Shown here: in pieces, positions 45,230 through 55,671 of the stretch
How the letters are laid out: each line of letters opens with the position of its first letter
How positions within the stretch are numbered: position 1 is the first letter of the stretch
DNA from: an uncultured Draconibacterium sp.
GTDB taxonomy: Bacteria; Bacteroidota; Bacteroidia; Bacteroidales; Prolixibacteraceae
Length of the DNA stretch: 64,000 nucleotides
Assembly (NCBI GenBank): GCA_963677155.1
Contig: OY781884.1
Coordinates: 2,060,134-2,124,133, forward strand
Direction: 5' to 3'
Position numbers and translations under genes: made by a program
The notes under the pieces: model-generated
The model's input: only the letters and a program-made list of their open reading frames with translations
Told to the model about the DNA's origin: nothing
Databases searched by the model: none

Positions 45230-47713
45230 TTAAAATTCTCCGCCTCCCATGTCCATATCGCCACTGCCGCCGCCTCGGTCGCCGCCACGATCTTCTTTAA
45301 AGTTGTTAATCCTGTAGCTTAATGTAAGCATTACTACACGTGGTTCGCGCTCAAAACGAAACCAGCTTTTAAAATCGTCGCCATAGCTTGTACGTTCAAA
45401 ATTAGCGGTTCCCAAAGGATCGCGAACGCTAACTGTTGCCGAAAGCTTTTTATTCATAAATTCCTGGCGGTACGAAATATTGGTAAAAAACATGGCACCG
45501 CTTTCGCCCTGCGCCGATACTGATTTACCACGGAAAAATGCATTTACCTGCAGACGCGAATTTTCAGTAAACTTAAAGGTGGTATTCATTCGCCCGCCCC
45601 AGTTGGTACTTTGCCGGTCGATGGATTCGCCATTCATCTCACCGCTAATTTTATAATCGTAAACATTCACACTGGCATTCACCGTCAGCCATTTCTTGTA
45701 ACTCATATTTCCGGTCACTTCAAAACCGGTGCTGTAGTCTTTATCAAAATTGTCGGTGTACATGTAAAAGATACCGTCTTCGCCCAGTTCCTGTCTACGG
45801 TCGATTTTATTGTTAGTAACCCTACGGAACAAATCGGCCGATACAAACGAACGTGTTTCTCCAAAACGTTTCAGAAACCCCAGTTCATACGAATTTGTGT
45901 ATTCCGGCTCCAAATCGGGATTTCCGTAACGAATAGTATAACGGTTGTAATAATTCGGTGTTGGGTCAAGGTCGCGGCCACTCGGGCGGTTTATCCGTCG
46001 ACTGTAACTTGCGGTAACATCGGCAGTTTGTGCTATTGGATACGAAAAATGTGCAGTCGGGAACAAGTCGAAACGATTTAGCGACGAAACATTCTCGGCA
46101 CTTGTATTTTTTATTTCACGAACGGTCAGCTCTCCGCGCAAACCGGCCATATAGGCCAGCTTGCCCACCTTATTGCTGTAGGTAGAATAAGCAGCGTGTA
46201 TATCGCGCTGAAAATCGGTAGCACTCGAATATTTGTCATTTATAATCCACATGTCGTTTGCCTGATCGTAATCGCGAAATTCAAGCGTTTCCATTTCACT
46301 TTCCAAACGCCCCTGGTAACCGGCCTCCAAACGGCCATCTTCGCTAAACGGATAAGTATAATCGAGCTTTAAACGAATGTCTTGCTCATCCTCGGTTTCA
46401 AATGTCGAAACATTCGACAGATACTCGTCGGTAGGATTAAAATTCCCGTCGGCAAGCAATTCTGCTTCTATTTCGTTGTCGGTTCCCGTCTCATCCGAAT
46501 AATATGCAGTAGCCTCAATACGGTGTCCTTTGTCATCGAATTTATGCTGAAAGTTCATGTTTAGCGTGTAAAAATCGTTGTTGCGCTCCGAGGTTTCTTC
46601 GCTAATTGAAAGGATTTGTTCCGACGCCGGAATCGTAAAGTTTTCTGTTCGGCCACCACCTTCGTTTCCACGTTCCGAAGTTCCGGTTTCGCCAGAAAGA
46701 GTTAAGGTAGTGTTCATACCCAGGTAAAAATCGGCACCGCCCTTAAAACGGTGTCCGCCTCGAATCCACTTGCGGTCGCCATGCATATTCAAAAATTCGG
46801 TCGTATCATTGTAATAAGTTTCGCGCTCCGAACCCGTTTCCCCATTATTTATTTCATCGCGCCAATCGGCTCCAAAAAACAGGTTCAGTTTTTCAAAGCG
46901 ATAGTTAAGCATAAAATCGCTGCGGTATTTTTCGCCCGTTCCAACGCTTGCATTTACAATACCGTTCAATCCGTTCATCGAATTCTTTTTCATTACCAGG
47001 TTAATGATACCTGCCGCCCCGTCGGGTTCGTATTTTGCCGATGGGTTGGTAATAATCTCAATATTTTCGATTGCTGAAGAAGGAATTTGGCGCAGTGCAT
47101 CGCTACCGCTTAAAACACTCGGACGGCCATCGATTAGTACGGTAAAATTTCCCGATCCGCGCAACGATACGTTTCCTTCAATATCAACCTGAACCGAAGG
47201 TGTATTCTCCAAAACATCAACTGCGGTACCTCCAATAGCGCTGATTACCTGGCTTACATTTACTACTTTTTTGTCGAGTTTATATTCTACTGCGGCTTTG
47301 TCGGCGACCACGTTAACTTCGCCAATTGCAACGGTTGAAGGAGCAAGGTTGATCTCGCCCAGATTGTATACACGATTGCTGCGATTGAGCTTAATATCCA
47401 CCACATTCTCCTCATCGAAACCGATAAAATTGGCCACCAGGTAATAGTCGCCATAATCTAAATTTGTTATTTCAAATAGGCCTTTTTCGTTGGTTATACT
47501 TCCGGTTACGAGGGTTGAATCGGTTTCTTTGTAAACGGCTATATTGGCAAACTCCATGGGGGTTTCCGTTCCCTTTTCTACAATCGTACCAACAATCTTA
47601 CCCTTTCCATCATCGCTTGTATCGTTCTCTTTTACCGGGTCTTCAATAAATGCATAAGAATTCACCCCTATAAATAAAAGGGCGATTAAAATTACGTTCT
47701 TCAAGTACTTCAT
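45230..47713 (-). CDS. TonB-dependent receptor / outer-membrane beta-barrel family protein
   Basis: CarboxypepD_reg-like N-terminus; GGTAVDVLENTPSVQVD, IEIITNPSAKYEPDG, YSRRINRP, GNPDLEPE. Confidence 0.92.
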   Translation of the reverse strand: MKYLKNVILIALLFIGVNSYAFIEDPVKENDTSDDGKGKIVGTIVEKGTETPMEFANIAVYKETDSTLVTGSITNEKGLFEITNLDYGDYYLVANFIGFDEENVVDIKLNRSNRVYNLGEINLAPSTVAIGEVNVVADKAAVEYKLDKKVVNVSQVISAIGGTAVDVLENTPSVQVDIEGNVSLRGSGNFTVLIDGRPSVLSGSDALRQIPSSAIENIEIITNPSAKYEPDGAAGIINLVMKKNSMNGLNGIVNASVGTGEKYRSDFMLNYRFEKLNLFFGADWRDEINNGETGSERETYYNDTTEFLNMHGDRKWIRGGHRFKGGADFYLGMNTTLTLSGETGTSERGNEGGGRTENFTIPASEQILSISEETSERNNDFYTLNMNFQHKFDDKGHRIEATAYYSDETGTDNEIEAELLADGNFNPTDEYLSNVSTFETEDEQDIRLKLDYTYPFSEDGRLEAGYQGRLESEMETLEFRDYDQANDMWIINDKYSSATDFQRDIHAAYSTYSNKVGKLAYMAGLRGELTVREIKNTSAENVSSLNRFDLFPTAHFSYPIAQTADVTASYSRRINRPSGRDLDPTPNYYNRYTIRYGNPDLEPEYTNSYELGFLKRFGETRSFVSADLFRRVTNNKIDRRQELGEDGIFYMYTDNFDKDYSTGFEVTGNMSYKKWLTVNASVNVYDYKISGEMNGESIDRQSTNWGGRMNTTFKFTENSRLQVNAFFRGKSVSAQGESGAMFFTNISYRQEFMNKKLSATVSVRDPLGTANFERTSYGDDFKSWFRFEREPRVVMLTLSYRINNFKEDRGGDRGGGSGDMDMGGGEF

Positions 47714-47755
47714 TACTGTTTTAATTGTTTCCTTTTGTCTGTTTCACAATATTAA

Positions 47756-47779
47756 GACCACTTGCTCCTTATTTAGTTT
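47756..47779 (-). promoter_or_regulatory. ECF sigma-type promoter AAAC-N16-GGTC
   Basis: Same 16-nt spacing as the motifs at 55672-55695 and 56811-56834. Confidence 0.45.
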
Positions 47780-47878
47780 AACCCAACCGTGTTAAAGAGT
47801 TGTTAACGTAGTTAAGCGCTGTTGGGTAGTTTTATCGTCCCATTTCGAAGAGACATTACTACTGCAAAACAGATAGCT

Positions 47879-47974
47879 AAAAAAATGCCACCCTCCCGGA
47901 TGGCATTTTACCAAAACTTAAAATCTATGGAAAAAGTGCCTTCTGCTCCTTAATCCATAAGGAAAGCAAAAGTA
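47879..47974 (-). ncRNA. Candidate small RNA, about 80 nt
   Basis: TActTTTG box (47967-47974), CCTTA/TAAGG hairpin, terminator ATGCCA...TGGCAT plus U-tail; no ORF. Confidence 0.35.
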
Positions 47975-48162
47975 ATTTGATTCGATTTTTCTACAAGTTA
48001 TGAAGATCAGTCGACGGTTGATTTAATATATTTTAAGATTTAACTTAACATTAAGGAGATATAGCCCCAACAAATCAAGAGGTATTTCGCAACATATACT
48101 TTGTAATAATTAATTGTTCGCTTAACTTTGCTCGTCACGAAGTTTTAATAAAACTACTTATC

Positions 48163-48450
48163 ATGAACGAACAAGTTAATCAGCCACAAGCACCACCACC
48201 CAACTATTTAGCATTTGCTATCATTACCACTCTATTTTGTGGTAAAATTTTTGGCATAGTAGCTATTGTTTTTGCCGCGCAGGTAAATTCATACTGGAAT
48301 GCCGGAAATTATGAAGCCGCGCAATCGGCAAGTAGAAATGCAAAATTGTGGTCATGGATTTCATTTGCTGCGGGTATGGCTTGGGTACTAATAGGCGTAC
48401 TGCTTACATTATTTGGAGTATTTGCGGGTATTATGGAAGGTGCTTTTTGA
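48163..48450 (+). CDS. CD225/dispanin family protein
   Basis: PPPNYLAFAIITTLFC...FGIVAIVFAAQVNS...A..ASRNAKLWS. Confidence 0.88.
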   Translation: MNEQVNQPQAPPPNYLAFAIITTLFCGKIFGIVAIVFAAQVNSYWNAGNYEAAQSASRNAKLWSWISFAAGMAWVLIGVLLTLFGVFAGIMEGAF

Positions 48451-48460
48451 TTTTTAGTAG

Positions 48461-48862
48461 ATGACGCGAACGATCAATAGTATACTGCTACTCGTAATTA
48501 TTGGGGTAGCAGTCATTTTTTTTATACTCGACCCAGCACAACACGCAATTTTTCCGCAATGCCTGTTTCATTCGTTAACCGGGGGCTATTGCCCGGGATG
48601 CGGTTCACAACGCGCACTGCACAGTTTGTTGCATCTAGATTTTGCCGGAGTTGTGGGTTACAACTTTTTATTTCTTCCGGCAGTGCTTTTTATTTTGTAC
48701 CATTATCTGTATCCTTTACTAAACAAAGCTTTCGGGTGGAAACTTCCGAACCTGTTTTACAAAAAACAAACGCCCTTAATTGTTTTAGCCATAGTTGTTC
48801 TGTTTTGGATTGCACGAAATCTGCCGTGGTATCCTTTTAATGTGCTGGCTCCCGTGGGATAG
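48461..48862 (+). CDS. DUF2752 domain membrane protein
   Basis: CLFHSLTGGYCPGCGSQRALHSLLH...FWIARNLP. Confidence 0.9.
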   Translation: MTRTINSILLLVIIGVAVIFFILDPAQHAIFPQCLFHSLTGGYCPGCGSQRALHSLLHLDFAGVVGYNFLFLPAVLFILYHYLYPLLNKAFGWKLPNLFYKKQTPLIVLAIVVLFWIARNLPWYPFNVLAPVG

Positions 48863-48866
48863 ACAC

Positions 48867-48896
48867 AAAAAAACGGATGCGAAATTGCACCCGTTT
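48867..48896. terminator. Bidirectional terminator
   Basis: AAACGGATGC-GAAATT-GCACCCGTTT between convergent genes. Confidence 0.65.
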
Positions 48897-48917
48897 ATCT
48901 ATTTAATTTGGTTAAGA

Positions 48918-49850
48918 TCACTTCACAAATGAAGCATCATTTAAATAATCGAAACATTTTTCAACACCTTCAAACTGTGTCATACTTCCATCTCTGATTC
49001 CTTCCAGTTCCACATAAAAACCTTCCAGACCATTTTCGTAAGCTTTATTAAAGATGTTTTTAAAGTTCATCATTCCGGACTGGCCAAGAACTGAGCGGTC
49101 TTTTATATGCAGCACCGGGAATCTGCCGGGATACTTTTCGAAGTATTCCAACGGATCGTTAGCACCCATAACCGTCCAGTACACATCCATTTCAAAGAAT
49201 ACCAAATCCGGATCGGTCCCATTCAGGAACAAGTCGTAAATTACATCACCCACAGGCATCCATGGATTGTGAGGTTTGTCCTTATCTTCAGGTTTTACAA
49301 TACGTCCGAATTCCATGCTGTGGTTGTGATAACCAAATTTGATTCCGGCTGATTTTGCAATTTCACCGGCCTGGTTAAACGATTCGCAAACCACTTTTAC
49401 GGCATCATGTGTTGGCACATTTGGCATCATTGGCTGAACCAAAGTTTTCATCCCAAATTTCACATGGTCTTCAACGGTTTGTTTCCAGAAATCAGCAATT
49501 TCACCCAGTTTATCTTTCATAATATCACGAGTAGGAGGGTTTACATGCGAGCTGGTAATTTCCAAACCTGCATCATCAGCCAGTTTTTTGTATTCTTCAA
49601 CTGAATACTCACCCATTTTACGATTGCCGTAACCTGCCAGCTCGATGGTGCTGTAGCCTATATCTTTTATTTTTTTCAAACCATTTGGAACATCGGCAGT
49701 TAATTCTCGTCCCAGAGAATAAATTTGTAAACCAATTTCCTTTTTGCCCCTAGCTACCATAGCGGCAGCACTGGCAGGTTTAATGGAGCCAGCCACCATA
49801 CCTCCGGCGGTAAGAAGCCCCATTTTTTTTAAAAATTCTCTTTTATCCAT
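48918..49850 (-). CDS. Xylose-isomerase-like TIM barrel (sugar phosphate isomerase/epimerase), Tat-type signal
   Basis: MDKREFLKK; IGLQIYS, GYHNHSMEF, FEMDVYW, LHIKD. Confidence 0.9.
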   Translation of the reverse strand: MDKREFLKKMGLLTAGGMVAGSIKPASAAAMVARGKKEIGLQIYSLGRELTADVPNGLKKIKDIGYSTIELAGYGNRKMGEYSVEEYKKLADDAGLEITSSHVNPPTRDIMKDKLGEIADFWKQTVEDHVKFGMKTLVQPMMPNVPTHDAVKVVCESFNQAGEIAKSAGIKFGYHNHSMEFGRIVKPEDKDKPHNPWMPVGDVIYDLFLNGTDPDLVFFEMDVYWTVMGANDPLEYFEKYPGRFPVLHIKDRSVLGQSGMMNFKNIFNKAYENGLEGFYVELEGIRDGSMTQFEGVEKCFDYLNDASFVK

Positions 49851-49870
49851 AAGATTATTAGTTGGTTGAT

Positions 49871-51277
49871 TTATAGCTTATACGAACCACGATAATCGTA
49901 ATCATACAAACGATGGTTCCAGGCTTCCTTATCGGTTCCGAAGCTGTGCGTTGCAGGATTCCATTTTACCGAACGTTGTAATTCTGTAGCCATGTTTCCT
50001 AAACAACAAGTGATAGCTGTACTTGCCCCTACCTCAATTGGAGCAATTGGTTTTTGTCTTGAACGCACACAGCTGATGAAATCTTCCATATGTGGCGAAC
50101 TGATCTCGAAGCTGCCACCGCCTTTTGCCTGTGCTTTCTGCATTTCTTCGTACATTTTTTTGCGCTCTTCTGCAGTAAGATTTTTCGGACGTCGGCCTCT
50201 TAGTTCATCAGGAACTAAATCTGATTTTGAACAAGCCAGGTATCCGCGAGCTACTTCAATCCAACCATCGTCTCCGATGAATTTAATACCCTGTGCATTT
50301 GGCATATCTTCCAGGTACGGTTGTTCTGTCATTACAACACCGTTCAGGTATTTAAATGTCAGATAATCGGCGCCATCAACTCCTTTAGGAATAATTACTG
50401 CAGGCCCCGAACCGTCCATACCAATAGCAGCCTGTGCAATATCAAACATGTGCGCACCCCAGTCGGCAGTAAATCCGTTACCGGTTTCGCGATACCAACG
50501 CCATGCCCCCCACAGTTTTTCTTTTTCCGGCGGATCGAGTGAAATAGGAGGACAAAGATCTGAATGATAATGTATTTTTGGATCATTTAATGGCCCCATC
50601 CAAAGGTTGAAATTCAAGTTACCGGGAACTTTCATTTCAGGTAAATCAAACGGAGATGGTGGATCACCAACCTTTGCATAAACTTTATCGATATGACCGA
50701 TAGCGCCACTTTGAACTAATTCGATAGCTTTTTGGAATTCAGCACTCGAACGCTGCTGACTACCAACCTGAACAACACGTTTTGCATCTTTAGCTACACG
50801 AACCATTTTTTCGGATTCGGCAATGGTAAAAGAAAGTGGTTTCTGAACATAAACGTCTTTACCGGCCTGGCAAGCATGAATTGTCATTAAAGCATGCCAA
50901 TGATCTGGCGTACAAACTTCTACTGCATCAATATCTTTGCGATCAAGCAGTTCTTCATATTGTTCATACTTGTCAACACGAGGTGCCAATCCCAACGACT
51001 GTTGCCATTCTTCAACAGTACGTTTAAAACGTTCTGTTTTCATACTGTCAACATCGCAACCGGCAACAACTTCCACTCCGGGAACTGCCGAAAAACTACG
51101 AAAGTCGTTCATCCCTTGCTGTCCAAGGCCAATGAAACCCATTGTAACTCTGTCGCTTGGTGCAATTTTAATTCCATTGATTGTCCAACTTGGAAGGATG
51201 GTCAAACTGGATAAACCCAGTGCTGAAAGACCCAGGAATTTCCTTCGATCTAATTGATTAGATTTTTTTGAATCCAT
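49871..51277 (-). CDS. Gfo/Idh/MocA oxidoreductase, Tat-exported
   Basis: DRRKFL; FIGLGQQG; CTPDHWH; YVQKPL; VGSQQRS; DWGAHMFD. Confidence 0.93.
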   Translation of the reverse strand: MDSKKSNQLDRRKFLGLSALGLSSLTILPSWTINGIKIAPSDRVTMGFIGLGQQGMNDFRSFSAVPGVEVVAGCDVDSMKTERFKRTVEEWQQSLGLAPRVDKYEQYEELLDRKDIDAVEVCTPDHWHALMTIHACQAGKDVYVQKPLSFTIAESEKMVRVAKDAKRVVQVGSQQRSSAEFQKAIELVQSGAIGHIDKVYAKVGDPPSPFDLPEMKVPGNLNFNLWMGPLNDPKIHYHSDLCPPISLDPPEKEKLWGAWRWYRETGNGFTADWGAHMFDIAQAAIGMDGSGPAVIIPKGVDGADYLTFKYLNGVVMTEQPYLEDMPNAQGIKFIGDDGWIEVARGYLACSKSDLVPDELRGRRPKNLTAEERKKMYEEMQKAQAKGGGSFEISSPHMEDFISCVRSRQKPIAPIEVGASTAITCCLGNMATELQRSVKWNPATHSFGTDKEAWNHRLYDYDYRGSYKL

Positions 51278-51394
51278 TGGTTTAGATTTTTTTAGTGATC
51301 AAATATTTTTCAAAATTCGACACAAGATAATTTAATTTGTCAAAAGGACGCAATGAAAAATTAAAAAATCTATTCCCTTATTGTTAACCTTGAG

Positions 51395-51823
51395 TTATTT
51401 AGAAGGCTTTAAAGATAGCAGGTACTTCTTCAACGTTTTTTTAACATCCCCGATACTTGAATAATAAATTAGCTCAACATCGCTACAGCCGGAAATCATG
51501 GCCGACAACTTGTGTTTCGGCTCCTCGCGAAATAAGCACAACACTGGCTTACGCATTTCCACGGCACGGCCAATTTCGTATCCCACTCCCATTGAAACAG
51601 TGGTTACTTCAGCCACAATTACATCTGAACTTTGAAGCCATTCTAAATCTCGATCATGAATAAACTGATCATTTAGACCATCATCACCGGCACTGGTTAA
51701 TGCCGGATCGCCAACATGCTCAGTCAGCACTTCTCCAAACGATTTCAGGTATTGAATAATTTGTTCGTACAGGGCGGCATCTTGTCTGCCTCCACGTATT
51801 GAACCGGCAAAATAGATCTTCAT
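51395..51823 (-). CDS. Nucleoside 2-deoxyribosyltransferase / DNPH1(Rcl)-like N-glycosidase
   Basis: IYFAGSIRGG, VLTEH, DLEWL, AEVT..SMGVGYEIG. Confidence 0.88.
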   Translation of the reverse strand: MKIYFAGSIRGGRQDAALYEQIIQYLKSFGEVLTEHVGDPALTSAGDDGLNDQFIHDRDLEWLQSSDVIVAEVTTVSMGVGYEIGRAVEMRKPVLCLFREEPKHKLSAMISGCSDVELIYYSSIGDVKKTLKKYLLSLKPSK

Positions 51824-52773
51824 CGGCCTTTTGGTTTGTTTGGTACGGTGGTTGACTTTTGTTCTCCCTGTTCAAAAACAACACGCGTACGCGGTAAACT
51901 TTCGGGGTAATTCTTTTGGATAAATTCAATCATTTTCTCGCGAATAAAAACCCGAAGATCCCAGGCAATTGGCGAATCTTTTGCACTCATTAAGGCTCTA
52001 ATTTCCACTCCGTATTCTTTGGCATCGGTAACTTGCAAAACGTTTACCCTTTTATCCCACAATGGTGTGCTGTTTAGTAAACGAGTCAATTCTTCCCTCA
52101 AGGCATCGAACGGAACGTGATAATCGGTATATAAAAACACAGTCCCCAGAATTTCGGAAGTATTACGTGTCCAGTTCTGAAATGGTTTTTCGAAAAAATA
52201 GGTAGATGGCACCACCAAACGGCGCTGATCCCAGATTTTTACAACCACATAGGTAAGTGTAATTTCTTCAATTCGTCCCCATTCATTTTCAATAATCACT
52301 ACATCGTCGAGCCGAATGGGCTGAGTAATGGCAATTTGCAAACCAGCCAAAACAGTTGCAATGAGCTTTTGTGCCGCAAAACCAATAATAATACCGGCAA
52401 CTCCTGCCGATGCGAAAAGACTTACTCCCAACTGCCTCACGTCTTCAAATAACATTAACGAGGCTCCTATAGATATTAAAATAATCATGAAATAAATGAT
52501 GCTTTCCATGATGTTAAACTGCGTAAGAAACTTTCGCTGGCGTAAGTTATCTTTCTTTGAAGTATCGTATTTTGAAAGGATGACTTTTTTAGATGCGCGC
52601 AGCACTGCAATTGCAGCCCATGCAATACTTATGATCAGTAAAATTGAACCGATTTTATCGAAGGAGTCGAACCATTCGGGATCGACCAAATCGCGCTTCT
52701 CCACAAATATTTTAAAATAAACCGCCAAAAGCAGCAAAAGAAAAGGGATAATAAACTTTATAAATCTCTTCAT
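51820..52773 (-). CDS. MscS family mechanosensitive channel
   Basis: LFASAGVAGIIIGFAAQ, PIRLDDVV, GRIEEITLTY. Confidence 0.92.
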   Translation of the reverse strand: MKRFIKFIIPFLLLLLAVYFKIFVEKRDLVDPEWFDSFDKIGSILLIISIAWAAIAVLRASKKVILSKYDTSKKDNLRQRKFLTQFNIMESIIYFMIILISIGASLMLFEDVRQLGVSLFASAGVAGIIIGFAAQKLIATVLAGLQIAITQPIRLDDVVIIENEWGRIEEITLTYVVVKIWDQRRLVVPSTYFFEKPFQNWTRNTSEILGTVFLYTDYHVPFDALREELTRLLNSTPLWDKRVNVLQVTDAKEYGVEIRALMSAKDSPIAWDLRVFIREKMIEFIQKNYPESLPRTRVVFEQGEQKSTTVPNKPKGR

Positions 52774-52794
52774 ATAAAACTGTTTGTAATAAAA

Positions 52795-53640
52795 TTACTT
52801 AGTTTGTTCAACTGTACTCTTAATGTGTATATCGCGCTGTGGAAAAGGAATTTGAACTCCATTTTTTCGGAATTCATCATCAATGGCATAGCGCATTTCG
52901 CTTTTGGTGTTTTCCACCCAAAACGATTCGCGTACCCAAAAGAAAACCTGGAATTCTAATGCAGAATCGCCAAAATTATTGAACCTGACAAACGGTTTTG
53001 GCGAACGTGAAACATTGTTGTTTTTTGCCGCGCAATCGAGCAAAATCTGAGTTACCAGTTTTGTATCCGATCCGTAAGCCACGCCAACATCAACCGAAAA
53101 ACGGGTGTTGTAGTCCATCTGGCTCCAGTTAATTATTTTGTCATTTACAAAATTTGAGTTGGGTACAACAAGAATAATATCGTCGCGGGTTTTTAATCGC
53201 GATGTACGCAGCCCGATATGAATCACCCGCCCCACTGTTCCATCTTGCAACTGAATTACATCGTTGATCTGCAGGTTTCGTTCCACCAACAATACAATCC
53301 CCGATGCGATATCGCTAAACAACTGCTGAATACCAAATCCAACCCCAACTAATAAAGCTGTAATACTGGCCAGTAAAACAGAAACTTTCAGCCCCGACGA
53401 TTCGAGAAGAAAAACGATAATGATTACCCAAACTACATATTTCAATATCAGGTAAATGGACCAATACGAGCGCCGCTCGGCTTCTTGCTTATTTATGAAA
53501 CGTTTGAAGAACCTGCGAATAATTTTAAGCGCTATTAAAGTGATCAGAACTACAACAAGTATCAGAAATATGTTGTAAACGGTAATTGTAAAATCTCCCT
53601 TATTGTATAATTCAGTATCTAAAATCTCTTTAATTGCCAT
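52795..53640 (-). CDS. MscS family mechanosensitive channel
   Basis: LVGVGFGIQQLFSDIASG, VPNSNFV, VGVAYGSD, QIPFPQRD. Confidence 0.93.
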   Translation of the reverse strand: MAIKEILDTELYNKGDFTITVYNIFLILVVVLITLIALKIIRRFFKRFINKQEAERRSYWSIYLILKYVVWVIIIVFLLESSGLKVSVLLASITALLVGVGFGIQQLFSDIASGIVLLVERNLQINDVIQLQDGTVGRVIHIGLRTSRLKTRDDIILVVPNSNFVNDKIINWSQMDYNTRFSVDVGVAYGSDTKLVTQILLDCAAKNNNVSRSPKPFVRFNNFGDSALEFQVFFWVRESFWVENTKSEMRYAIDDEFRKNGVQIPFPQRDIHIKSTVEQTK

Positions 53641-53757
53641 AACTCTTTATCAATCTATTGGAGTTAGAAAAGTACTAAAAACCGGCAGATTTGAAAAGTT
53701 TTAAGGGCAATAATGATTTAGTTTTATTATAGCAACAATGAATGAAGTGTATGGTTG

Positions 53758-53792
53758 AAAAAAAGGAGACCTTTTTAAAAAGATCTCCTTTC
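53758..53792 (-). terminator. Terminator after the S41 peptidase
   Basis: AAAGGAGA...TCTCCTTT stem with U-tail on the minus strand. Confidence 0.6.
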
Positions 53793-53813
53793 TTCCTGTA
53801 GCAGAAATATTTC

Positions 53814-55481
53814 TTAATTCATTCCAACTACCAGCCCTGGCTTAAAATAAGCTGCATATGCTGTCTCAGAATGTAATGCTTCTATAGTTTTTGTAATTCC
53901 TTTATCGTCGTTAATCGATGCTCTTATCGATCCTTTTTGATAATAAAAGCGCGAAACGATTTCGCTTTCCAGCAAATCGCTGATTTCCGGTCTGAATACC
54001 GATAAATCTTTGTCTAAATCCGGCTCAATCATGGCTTCCAGTGCCTTAAACTCATCTTTCGCCAGCTCGTAATATTTTTCTTGTTTTGCCGTCTCCACCA
54101 ATTCTTTCAAATCGTTTTGCGATGCCGATTCGTAGTTAAAATCGCTTTGCTTAACAAAATCGGCAAACTGCTTATAAATCTCGTCGGTAATAGAAAATTC
54201 TTCCGGCTCCGGGATACTTTCGTTTTCGTTTGAATATTTTGTGGCAAAATCGAAAATCTTAAAACGGGTAACCAGCTCAATACTCAAACTGCTCAGTTTG
54301 TCGCCTTCGATTTTTACATCGGGCACAACACCACCACCATCGTATACTTTGCGGCCTTTTTTCGTTGTAAATTCTGAAATCAGTGAATCAGGAACATGTC
54401 CTACACTGCCGTCTTCGTTACGGTGCGAATAATCCAGTGCCTGAATACAACGGCCACTCGGAATGTAATATTTAGCGGTAGTAACTTTCAGTTTTGTATT
54501 GTAGCTTAAATCGCGTGTAGTTTGTACCAATCCTTTTCCAAACGTGCGTGTACCCACAATAATTCCGCGGTCGAGATCTTGAATAGCCCCTGAAACGATT
54601 TCGGATGCCGAAGCCGATCCGCTGTTAACAAGAACAGCAATTTTCATTGTGGTATCCAATGGTTCAGCCGTTGCTTTATACACTTTGTCCCATTGTTTTA
54701 CTTTACCTCGGGTGCTCACAATTTCTTCGCCTTTAGGCACAAAAAAGTTTACGATTTTTACAGCTTCAGCTAACAAACCTCCGGGATTTCCGCGCAGATC
54801 GAGAATCAATCCGTCAGGGTTATTCTCTTTTAGTTCCAGAAAAGCTTTTTTCACATCTTCACTACAGTTGGCCGTAAAACTCGACAAACGAATGTAAGCT
54901 GTATTCTGATCGATCATACCGTAATAAGGAACAGCATCAATACTGATCTTTTCCCGAACAACATCAACCGTAAAAGGCTTTTTCTGACCAGGGCGCTGCA
55001 ATTTTATAGTAACAGGTTTATTGGCCGGTCCTTTCAAAAGCGAGCTCACATCCTCGGTGTTCATATCTTCGGTGTCTTTCCCCGAAACCTCAAGAACAAT
55101 GTCACCGGCTTTAATCCCAGATTTCTGTGCAGGAAATCCTTCGTAAGGTTCGGCAATAATAATATTATCGTTTTGTTTGCTAATTAACGCTCCGATACCC
55201 GCATATTCGCCGGTAGTCATAAATCGAAAATCTTCCATCTGATCCTCCGAAATGTAATTTGTGTAAGGATCGAGAGAGGATAACATTTTATCAATACTGG
55301 TTTTTACCAGCTCATTCGGATTCACCTCGTCAACATAAAACATGTTCAACTCGCGAAACAAGTCATAGTAAATATCCAGGTTCTTTGCAATCTCAAAATT
55401 CTTCTCGTCGCGGGTAAAGCTAAAAAAGCTAATACCAACTACCGCAATTATCGTTATTCCTATTAATAATCTTTTCTTCAT
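53814..55481 (-). CDS. C-terminal processing peptidase, S41 family
   Basis: LDPYTNY, PDZ domain, LDLRGNPGG, SASASEIV, TFGKGLVQ. Start moved to MKKRLL. Confidence 0.95.
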   Translation of the reverse strand: MKKRLLIGITIIAVVGISFFSFTRDEKNFEIAKNLDIYYDLFRELNMFYVDEVNPNELVKTSIDKMLSSLDPYTNYISEDQMEDFRFMTTGEYAGIGALISKQNDNIIIAEPYEGFPAQKSGIKAGDIVLEVSGKDTEDMNTEDVSSLLKGPANKPVTIKLQRPGQKKPFTVDVVREKISIDAVPYYGMIDQNTAYIRLSSFTANCSEDVKKAFLELKENNPDGLILDLRGNPGGLLAEAVKIVNFFVPKGEEIVSTRGKVKQWDKVYKATAEPLDTTMKIAVLVNSGSASASEIVSGAIQDLDRGIIVGTRTFGKGLVQTTRDLSYNTKLKVTTAKYYIPSGRCIQALDYSHRNEDGSVGHVPDSLISEFTTKKGRKVYDGGGVVPDVKIEGDKLSSLSIELVTRFKIFDFATKYSNENESIPEPEEFSITDEIYKQFADFVKQSDFNYESASQNDLKELVETAKQEKYYELAKDEFKALEAMIEPDLDKDLSVFRPEISDLLESEIVSRFYYQKGSIRASINDDKGITKTIEALHSETAYAAYFKPGLVVGMN

Positions 55482-55671
55482 AATCTCTTCTTTTCTGAAT
55501 TCACAGTCTGCACAATTGCACAGAACTGCCAAAAGTAACAAATCTTGCCTGATATCAGTAACGCAACCCGGCAATCCATTACGTTAATTTATACTAAAAC
55601 CAATCGTTTATGCTTATGATTTAACATTTTCGGCGCCGAAAAGTTAAAGGTCGTAAAAAAAATAATGCGTT

